A stretch of DNA of 64,000 nucleotides from a virus. Taxonomy: Duplodnaviria > Caudoviricetes. Shown one piece after another: positions 57,001 to 64,000 of this stretch. The notes under the pieces were generated by a model. That model was not told the origin of the DNA. It ran no database searches and saw only the letters and a program-made list of their open reading frames with translations. A program made the position numbers and the translations under genes. Location of the stretch: the IMG/VR virus record IMGVR_UViG_3300044611_001018; one strand, written 5' to 3'. Position 1 is the stretch's first letter; each line of letters starts with the position of its first letter.

Positions 57001-60000
57001 GAACACTGTAGATAAACCAGTTGTATTATCATAAATGAAATCATAAACTGCAAAGGTTTGTCCATAACCAACACAAGTCAATGCTAATCCAGCAAGACTA
57101 AAGCTTCTACCAATTGCTGTTTGAGTTATTAAATTATGAGGCTGTGACGTGACAACGGTAGATAAACCAGTTGTATTGTCATATGTAAAGTTAACAACAT
57201 TTAAAGTTGTTAATCCAACAGTAGTAACTGTCATTATTCCAGTTAGATTATCATATATTGCTGTGCTAACCCCAATTGGTGGGTAATAATCACAGGTAAA
57301 CGCTGCTCCAACTATAGATATTTCTTCACCTAATTGCAATCCATGTGGAGTTGAAGTTGTTACTGTAGTAACTCCAGTAATGGAACTATAACCAATATTG
57401 GTAACCTGTCTTGGGACATAAAATACTTTTGAATTAGTTATTGCAACGCCAACAATATGTCCATCTAAAACCGACGCAATACCAATATAAGTTATATTCG
57501 CAGAACCATAACTAGCAGTTTGAATACCAACTTTTACCGTTTGTAAACCAGATCTATATCCAGAACCAGAATTACCTATGGAAATTTGGGTTATTGTTCC
57601 TGCTGATGAAACTAATGCTGTTCCTCCAGCAGCAACTAATGGTTGATAACCAAATCCTTCTGTAGATCCAACACTAACTATAATTCCTCCTCTAGGAGTA
57701 TTATTTACATTAATATCATTAGTTATGGATGGATTTGCAATTGGTCCACCAAAACCTACTTGCAACTGTCCACCACCACTGATTAGTTTATAATCACCAG
57801 GAATATTTGTTAAAACATTACCCAGTCTTTGTGGTCCTTGGAAAATATCATTTATTAAAATAATTGTGTTATCTGATGTAATATTATCAATGTCATTACC
57901 TTGATATTTTAAAGTAAATGTTGTTGTAATTCCATTGAATTGACTTGAAATATCATCAAAAACATAATTATTATCATATGCTTTTATAAAACTAGTTGTA
58001 AACGCTTGAGTTAGTGCCGATCTTAAAAATACTCTACCACTAAATCTGGAACTAGTTGTTAAACCAGTATAATCAACATCATTTGCTGAAGTTGCAGTTG
58101 TACCAAACCCAACAGGGATATTTCCCCACATAGGTTCAGAAAAATGAAGTTTATTCTGTGCTACATTATAATTACCAACAAATTTTGTGACTACTGTGTT
58201 GGTTGTATGGGTGGTTTCTGTGGTCCCCATCCATGCTCTTTTAACATTTAATACATTAGTAACTGAATTAACAGCAGAAACTAACATGATTTCATTATCA
58301 ATCTGAATTAAATCTCCACTAAAGATAGAGGTTACACCAACAACATTAATATTAGTTGTTCCAATTCCAACACTAGAAGTAGTTGCTATTGTGTATGCTG
58401 TTCCTACAAGTGGAGATTGAATTGTTCCATTGATAGTAACCAACATCCTATTATTTGGTGATATTGATCTAAAAGTATGAGTACTTCCTATTCCAACACC
58501 AGTAATTCCAACTCCAATTGGGTTAAAGAGTAGTGCATCCGTTGCCGAAACAGCAACTCTTATTTTTTGATTATCTTGTTTAATTACAATAAATTTTGAA
58601 GGAAGAAAACTTGTAGTTCCAATTCCAGGTCCAAAATTAGTTGGTGTAATTTTGATAGCTTTTGTAAAATCATTATCTGGTGGAATGTATTCAATCTCTT
58701 CTCCACTAACAAAATAATGATTTGTCAAATTCAGTGTGCCGTCTGTAAAGGAAATCAAATTAGGATCGCTACCATTTAAAGTAACTTCAAAAATTGGATA
58801 GTTTCCAGACTTTAATTCAAATCCTCTTTGAACTCCATTAAACTGATCACTAAAATCATCTACAGTCAGAACTCGATTTCCTATAAATTCTTGGTATTGT
58901 GCCAAAAATGGAAGATTGAATAAAATTTCATTTGATACTAAAGTATCGTTTACTTGGATACTCTTTTCTCTAGCAATATCAAAGTCTTTAATGGAATTTA
59001 AATCAACAATTTCAGTTAAGTCTGAAATTGCCACTAAAGCATTTAAATTTTGAGCAGTTGAAATTCCACCTACTGTTGGATCGTATGAGTCAATGATCAA
59101 CTCACTAAACTTTTTAAATCCTGCAGTATGAGTTAAATTACTTACCAAAGGATTCCAAACTTGATATTCTATTGGAGATCTAACAGAGTATGAAAAATAT
59201 TGATAATAATCATTATCATGCAATCTCTGGAATGATTGATTTAGTTTTCCTGTTTCTCTTAACCAACCTTTTTTGGTTATACTATTTGAATCTATCAAAT
59301 ATTTTGCTCTAATTCCATCTACAGAAGATATTAATCCTTTGTTTTGTGAAGAAGAACCGATTATAAGATCATCAACTTTAAATATTTTTTTAGATCTAAT
59401 TTTTAGATATTCATTTCTCCTATCGTAAGATTGAACTATACCAAAATTTCCATCCTGTGCTACTATTATTTCACCATCCCTAAAACTATCTTTTTCTAGA
59501 TCAATATCAAAAATTGGAAAATATGATTCTGGAGTTGCTGTACCAAAAGATTCAAATCCATCGAAAAGTCCAGGATCTTCTCCTGGTGATAAAAATCCAG
59601 TTAAATTAAATGTTAAAGTTGGATTATCTCCACCAATATCTGGATCTGCTGCTGTAATTCTAAATAACCTATAATCATACGCTGCAGAGTTATATCCCCT
59701 ACCACCAAAATTAATGTCAACGTTTGTGTTTTCAACAATAATTTTTTCACCAACGATGAATGGATAATCTTGAGATGATGCGAATGTAACTGCAAATGAT
59801 ACTGTTACATTTAAAGTTCCAGGATCAAATACAATATTATCAATTCTTACACCATTTGGGTTATTAATTGGAATAATTTTTGGTGTAACATTATATAAAC
59901 CAGTAGTATTACGTACAACTCTAACTTCAGTATCCCCAATATCATATTCAAGAGAAACTTCTGTATTTACTCTCCCAGTAAATCCATCAACAACTGCAAG

Positions 60001-63000
60001 TTGTGGGGCAACAAAATAATTTATACCAGGATTAACTATTTGTATACGTTTAAATTTTGATAGAGGTTCAATTTTGTATGTGTATGGAAAATTAGCTAAA
60101 GGTCTTAAAGTTTTATCTGATGGATAATCAAATCCAATGTCAGTGAGAACTACGCTATTAACTTTTCCAATTGTTTTACTTCTAGGTAAGAATAAAGCTG
60201 CTGTACCTAAACCACTAACAACTTGAGCCACGTTTGGTAAACGGATGTAATTTCTACCACCAGAATCAATATTTATTTTTGCTACTGGTCCTATAGCACT
60301 GGAAGATTTTGTAGTATAGTTAATTTTTGCTTCTGTTTTATTGTAATTAATTCTTTCTGGCGTTTGTTCTAATGCATATGTGAATGAATTTGTTGTAATA
60401 CCAGATACTGGAGTAATCTCGTTAAATTTACTGTTAATTAGTGATAACTTATTTCCATTTTTAATATTAAATTTATCACTAATAATCTCTAATTTTGATG
60501 CAGTTGCTCCAGAATAATCAATAGGAGTTAAATTGTAATATAGTGATGATGGGACAAAATCATCTATGACTAATTCTAATTTAGCACCTGGTTCACCAAT
60601 TACTCCACTTTTTCTAATATTAAATGCTCCTTTATTGCTATCTGTAGTATAGAATTCTTTTTGGAATAAAGCATCAAAATAAAAATTGAATTCAAATGCT
60701 GGGACTGAATTTGATGCTAAAGTTGGATCTGATAAATCAAATACTAGTGTTGAATTTTTTACCCCAAATAATTCTGGATTGACTGGTGCTATAGTTCCTG
60801 CTGCTTGAGTTCCTATTTCGACAATTTCAATAGCATCATTAGATGAAATAATATCATAGTAATAATTTGATAATAAAATAGTATTATCGTCAGAAACAAC
60901 AATATAGTACAATTTAGAATTAACCAATCCTGCAGATGGAGTTGCTGAATTATAAATTACCTTTTGCCCATTTATTAAACCATGATTTGGTATTGTTATA
61001 GTATTTCTGGATAAATTGATATCAGTGTCTATAAATGATCTTGGGTTAATTAACATTCTTCTGTTAATGTCATCATATGTCACATAAAAATTAGTAGAAA
61101 CTCCAGAAATTACTTTCAAATCAACAATATCACCATTTGTTAATCCATGCTCTCTTTCAGTTATAACTGTTGCAGTCTTTTTATAAACATCTCCACGAAT
61201 AGTTAAAGGTAGATCTGTTTTAATACTGTGTACTTCACCTGTTCCATAATTAGCAATTTTAAAAATCTCTAAAACATCTGAACCTATTCCAACAAATCCA
61301 CCAGTGCTTCCAATTCCGATTCTCTGAGTTGATACCCCGATAAAGTCAGAATCATATGAGGCAATATACAAAGTTTGTGAATTTAAAAGTGGTGTTGTTG
61401 TTGTTCCATAAGATACACTAACTCCTGTATATCCATGTCCAACGTTATATTTTACTTTATCTCCAGTTTTAAATCCATGATTTGGTAAATAAAATGTATT
61501 TGGAATTGTTTTAATTCCTTTTTTCTGGGTAACTCCTGGGTTACTAAAAAACAATAATCCAGATTTTTGAGATGCTCTTGATAATGGACTACCCGAAGTT
61601 GAATAATATGAACTAGTTAAAGACCCAAGTTCAACTTGAGCACCCCAAACATAAAACGTAGGAGATGAATTTAGAGTAAGACCTTGAGGACCATATGTTC
61701 CTATTCTTATTCTATGGAGTCCAGCACCAGTCAATACAGTAAGACTATATCTTCTCCAATTTGTTGTTAAAGTTACTAATTGAGAATAATATGAACCACC
61801 ATCGTCCAAAATAAAATAGACTTGTTCTCCACCAGTATGACCTCTTAAAAATACTGAAAATGTATTATTACCAGAGGACAAAGATACTGATTCATATTTT
61901 ATTCCAAATGCATCACTTGAACCTGTAGTAGAAGCAAATGCCACTTTTGCAGCATTATTTGAACCATCTGGAGAATTATCACTAAAATATTCTACAGATC
62001 CAGTTCCTACTCCCACAGAATAATAATCCCAAGCTGTTGGAACAAGTGACGGAGGTATTGGGTTTGAATACAGGATTAAATTTTCTGAAGGGATTATTGC
62101 ACTTTCTCTAGGATCAAAATAATATTCTGAGTTAAGTTTATATTCTGTAGAAGTGCTGAATCCACTATTGAAAGTAATTTTTCTACTTAATTCAATTAAA
62201 CTATCACCTGCAGTGTGTGCAATAGAAGTACTTCCACCAAAAGATCTATATACTTTTATTCTAGAATCTTGAGGATATACATTAATAATCTTAACTCTTT
62301 CTGGTCCAATTTTGTAAACATCATTTACTGATGCTACGGGAAAATTTAAATTACCAGAAACATTTAAATAAGTTACAATTCCAGTTTGTGAAGCATTTGG
62401 AGTATTATTTGATAGTGTTAGTGTATTTGTTGAGATACCTACTACATAAGAAGATGCAAAATTTGTTGAAAGAATATTTAAATTCTGTACAGATACAATA
62501 TCTCCATTGATTAAAGAGTGAGATGTACTTGCAAATCCAACAAATTTACCAAGAGATCCAAATGGAGTAAACTCAACATCAACTAATTTACTGAAAGAAT
62601 ATGATATTGAACTTACATCCCTACCTTTAATTTCTGATATTCTAGCATAAGCACCAGAACCACCTGTGCCTTGACTATTGAAGAATATATTATCCTGTAT
62701 TGAATAATTATCACCAGGGGAAATAATTTGTAACTCTGTTAATTCTCCAGAACTGACACTACTAACCTCAGTGAATCCCCTACTAAAAGTATCTGGTTGA
62801 ATAAATCCCTGATATCTTGTTTTATTTAATAGTAACCCTAATGGTGTTGTATATCTAATCCATCCAGTATTATTTAAATCTACAAAAGACAAGTTTGAAT
62901 ATTGATCAAAATTATAATCAATTATTTTTGATTTAAAAGTGTCCCCAATAATGTATGGGAAAACAGGTTTTAAAAATCCGTTAAATGGTCCAGAAGCATT

Positions 63001-64000
63001 TTTTATGGAATTTACAGTAGCAAAATATGCATAAACACCATTTGGAAATTCTGGAGTTTTACAATATCTTCCATTGTGTATATCTAAATCTCCATTGTTA
63101 GTGAATTCATAATCTTGTATAAAATATCCTGGTGGGAAAGATGATGTTGATGGTCTATATGCTTGTAAGTTTAATTCATACCCACTATTTAATCTTACAA
63201 CAGCACCTCCCTCTTTATCCGCATATCCGTATGGTCCATAAATTGGATTTCCATCATATGCCCACCCTATGATAGGTGAATGATATTTAACTGGATTGTT
63301 ATCATTCTCAATATCCTCCCGATAAACAGTATTACCAACAAGATCTAAAGAAGTTGCTAGTAATTTTTTACGCAGTTCTCTAGCAGCATATGCGTGAGTA
63401 AACTGTAAACCTCTTTCTGATGCAAGGGGTGTAGTGATTATTCCATCATCTGAATTTACTTGATCTGATTGGAAAATTCTTTCAACAACATTAATATTCC
63501 AAGATTTAATTTTAGCTTCAAATCTAGCATTGCTTCCTGTTGGAACTACTTTTACAGTAGTATCTACTTGAGAATAATTAAATCCACTTTCAATAATTTT
63601 TACGTCTACAATTGCTCCATTAACAATTATTGGAACCAATATTGCACCAGAACCAGAACCTAAAACTTCTAGTAATGGTGGTGAATTATAATTTGAACCA
63701 GGATTATTTACAATAGCACCAATAATTTTACCTTGAGAAGATACAATAACACTTATTTGTGCATTTTCTCCATTTAATAAACTTATGTCAGGTTGTCTAT
63801 TGTAATTTACAACGTTTGGATCTCCATAATTATCACCTTTATTTTTTAATGATACTGATTGTATTGAACCAGTAAATATTGGTCTAACCTTAGCATTGAA
63901 GTCTTGACCAGCAAAAGTTGTGACTCCAATTGGGGATTCAATTTTTAAAGTAATTGATTGATACTTTATACTATGCTGCCCCAATCCACCATCATTAAAA
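54097..64000 (-). CDS. gp7: Giant baseplate wedge protein (gp7-type), more than 3295 aa, 5' end outside the window
   Basis: Track start 63984 is an internal TTG and the frame is open to the edge; HSPIIGWAYDGNPIYGPYG / GDLDIHNGR domain, DNDYYQYFSY, HTAGFKKF, many G.GY beta repeats; lies upstream of gp8. Confidence 0.8.
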   Translation of the reverse strand, partial: FNDGGLGQHSIKYQSITLKIESPIGVTTFAGQDFNAKVRPIFTGSIQSVSLKNKGDNYGDPNVVNYNRQPDISLLNGENAQISVIVSSQGKIIGAIVNNPGSNYNSPPLLEVLGSGSGAILVPIIVNGAIVDVKIIESGFNYSQVDTTVKVVPTGSNARFEAKIKSWNINVVERIFQSDQVNSDDGIITTPLASERGLQFTHAYAARELRKKLLATSLDLVGNTVYREDIENDNNPVKYHSPIIGWAYDGNPIYGPYGYADKEGGAVVRLNSGYELNLQAYRPSTSSFPPGYFIQDYEFTNNGDLDIHNGRYCKTPEFPNGVYAYFATVNSIKNASGPFNGFLKPVFPYIIGDTFKSKIIDYNFDQYSNLSFVDLNNTGWIRYTTPLGLLLNKTRYQGFIQPDTFSRGFTEVSSVSSGELTELQIISPGDNYSIQDNIFFNSQGTGGSGAYARISEIKGRDVSSISYSFSKLVDVEFTPFGSLGKFVGFASTSHSLINGDIVSVQNLNILSTNFASSYVVGISTNTLTLSNNTPNASQTGIVTYLNVSGNLNFPVASVNDVYKIGPERVKIINVYPQDSRIKVYRSFGGSTSIAHTAGDSLIELSRKITFNSGFSTSTEYKLNSEYYFDPRESAIIPSENLILYSNPIPPSLVPTAWDYYSVGVGTGSVEYFSDNSPDGSNNAAKVAFASTTGSSDAFGIKYESVSLSSGNNTFSVFLRGHTGGEQVYFILDDGGSYYSQLVTLTTNWRRYSLTVLTGAGLHRIRIGTYGPQGLTLNSSPTFYVWGAQVELGSLTSSYYSTSGSPLSRASQKSGLLFFSNPGVTQKKGIKTIPNTFYLPNHGFKTGDKVKYNVGHGYTGVSVSYGTTTTPLLNSQTLYIASYDSDFIGVSTQRIGIGSTGGFVGIGSDVLEIFKIANYGTGEVHSIKTDLPLTIRGDVYKKTATVITEREHGLTNGDIVDLKVISGVSTNFYVTYDDINRRMLINPRSFIDTDINLSRNTITIPNHGLINGQKVIYNSATPSAGLVNSKLYYIVVSDDNTILLSNYYYDIISSNDAIEIVEIGTQAAGTIAPVNPELFGVKNSTLVFDLSDPTLASNSVPAFEFNFYFDALFQKEFYTTDSNKGAFNIRKSGVIGEPGAKLELVIDDFVPSSLYYNLTPIDYSGATASKLEIISDKFNIKNGNKLSLINSKFNEITPVSGITTNSFTYALEQTPERINYNKTEAKINYTTKSSSAIGPVAKINIDSGGRNYIRLPNVAQVVSGLGTAALFLPRSKTIGKVNSVVLTDIGFDYPSDKTLRPLANFPYTYKIEPLSKFKRIQIVNPGINYFVAPQLAVVDGFTGRVNTEVSLEYDIGDTEVRVVRNTTGLYNVTPKIIPINNPNGVRIDNIVFDPGTLNVTVSFAVTFASSQDYPFIVGEKIIVENTNVDINFGGRGYNSAAYDYRLFRITAADPDIGGDNPTLTFNLTGFLSPGEDPGLFDGFESFGTATPESYFPIFDIDLEKDSFRDGEIIVAQDGNFGIVQSYDRRNEYLKIRSKKIFKVDDLIIGSSSQNKGLISSVDGIRAKYLIDSNSITKKGWLRETGKLNQSFQRLHDNDYYQYFSYSVRSPIEYQVWNPLVSNLTHTAGFKKFSELIIDSYDPTVGGISTAQNLNALVAISDLTEIVDLNSIKDFDIAREKSIQVNDTLVSNEILFNLPFLAQYQEFIGNRVLTVDDFSDQFNGVQRGFELKSGNYPIFEVTLNGSDPNLISFTDGTLNLTNHYFVSGEEIEYIPPDNDFTKAIKITPTNFGPGIGTTSFLPSKFIVIKQDNQKIRVAVSATDALLFNPIGVGITGVGIGSTHTFRSISPNNRMLVTINGTIQSPLVGTAYTIATTSSVGIGTTNINVVGVTSIFSGDLIQIDNEIMLVSAVNSVTNVLNVKRAWMGTTETTHTTNTVVTKFVGNYNVAQNKLHFSEPMWGNIPVGFGTTATSANDVDYTGLTTSSRFSGRVFLRSALTQAFTTSFIKAYDNNYVFDDISSQFNGITTTFTLKYQGNDIDNITSDNTIILINDIFQGPQRLGNVLTNIPGDYKLISGGGQLQVGFGGPIANPSITNDINVNNTPRGGIIVSVGSTEGFGYQPLVAAGGTALVSSAGTITQISIGNSGSGYRSGLQTVKVGIQTASYGSANITYIGIASVLDGHIVGVAITNSKVFYVPRQVTNIGYSSITGVTTVTTSTPHGLQLGEEISIVGAAFTCDYYPPIGVSTAIYDNLTGIMTVTTVGLTTLNVVNFTYDNTTGLSTVVTSQPHNLITQTAIGRSFSLAGLALTCVGYGQTFAVYDFIYDNTTGLSTVFIVGNHGLNPGDNFKMRELEFSCTGPSGVTTTIFPDGTQGYFFTVNTVGTTTSFTVNVGASTIPHTYVSGGVVQVGINTDIFPGDLTVSPLGNTFKVLSAPDYYTFTFNSGISTIPHSYVSGGTLTLGHKLKVGTDIILTGLGFTGSLGIVTHPNINTTDYCGTQVTRINNISQFELNVGVGSTPLTYVSGGTVEEIIIAPRQINNSPTGQDPAANGTGVVKIVDDYTFIINSGTSPYTHFYKKCGSVTKPLDVIFDNPLNYYNIPLIYKQGVVGFGTGATVDLVPSQDSTILNFEINNFGYGYGSGEILTVAIGGTTGIPTTGISTFKNFELTIDRTYQSKFSGWNVGEFIVLDDISVYFNGRRRLFPLTINGESISFFAKANSGINLQSNLLVFINDTLQTPGEGYQFNGGSTLRFTEAPKGAVAGFSTIGDKAKVLMYTGTQSIDVKTVDVLPSVKVGDDVQLYSDTDDTFTEEQRLVMDVVSADKIITNNYGGQGVTLNELFSRPISWFKQTVDKIIDNEFVGKDRIYYEPIINPSTNIIESVGIGSTYVFVYNIRPLFDDSFEGIPLQERSIIEIINQENLDTATATATIGAGGSISNITITNPGYGYTIAPEITVQRPYGFGTQATASATIGAGGSITSITVGTGGTNYYYGPLGSLSISQQGSGFPPLQVGQNTFYNAKLKSQSGIGRGATADIQISVLNFNIASISITNGGANYAVGDILYVDTFDNVGLATTSRKWALRSPMKFSVSSILPPPVLIAPPKRSVEEVIRVDYEGDYGIIVGVGTTSCSGVTTCLGLELDLFIPLDSRIRKSLNISKTGITTGYLFNVVDSGFGTAPQTSLRSDGSILGISTQFVNMTFECTHWYTKQAVIPPGISGLASTVGIATTVTTVVVKLLNNPPSNIVGFGTTAFYGKYTWGKINMPVRVSPAEFLAQHGTKQSGIGTNPVIRRKNSLKYLGYLG

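Noticed and set aside
63984-64000. Track start of the 3295-aa ORF
   Set aside because: It is a TTG in a frame that stays open to the window edge; the true start is outside the window
1-64000. tRNA genes, CRISPR arrays, DGR template/variable repeats
   Set aside because: Intergenic gaps are short and show no cloverleaf, no spaced direct repeats and no reverse transcriptase; a tRNAscan or CRISPR scan was not run

Overview
A 64-kb segment of a T4-like myovirus with the gene order typical of cyanophages (Kyanoviridae-like; the host is inferred from synteny and is not visible in the window). Almost everything is on the minus strand. From right to left: a giant gp7-type baseplate wedge (truncated at the right edge), gp8, a 2551-aa virion structural protein with a polyproline linker, neck/terminase/tail/head genes (gp13, 14, 15, 16, a modular 630-aa protein, 17, 18, 19, 20, 21, 22, 23, 3), uvsY, uvsW, gp55, gp47, gp46, an NDP-sugar epimerase, a metallopeptidase-vWA plus MoxR-AAA pair, gp45, gp44, Dam, gp62, regA, hsp20, gp43 and uvsX (truncated at the left edge). 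The standout accessory element is an AT-rich 4-gene cassette inserted between portal gp20 and the prohead genes. It has a GT25-like glycosyltransferase and two tandem cobalamin-binding radical SAM enzymes on the + strand behind a late-promoter motif, converging on an HxD...H dioxygenase-like gene that follows gp20. Other signals: an unannotated 59-aa ORF starting with a T4-internal-protein-like capsid-targeting sequence; nested (matryoshka) domain insertions in gp7 and gp18; an identically spaced promoter motif shared by the vWA and MoxR genes; a consensus sigma70 promoter firing antisense just upstream of gp55; and a PD-(D/E)xK-like gene coupled to dam. I saw no tRNA, rRNA, CRISPR array, intron or intein. 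All family assignments come from motif recognition and recall; no searches were run.
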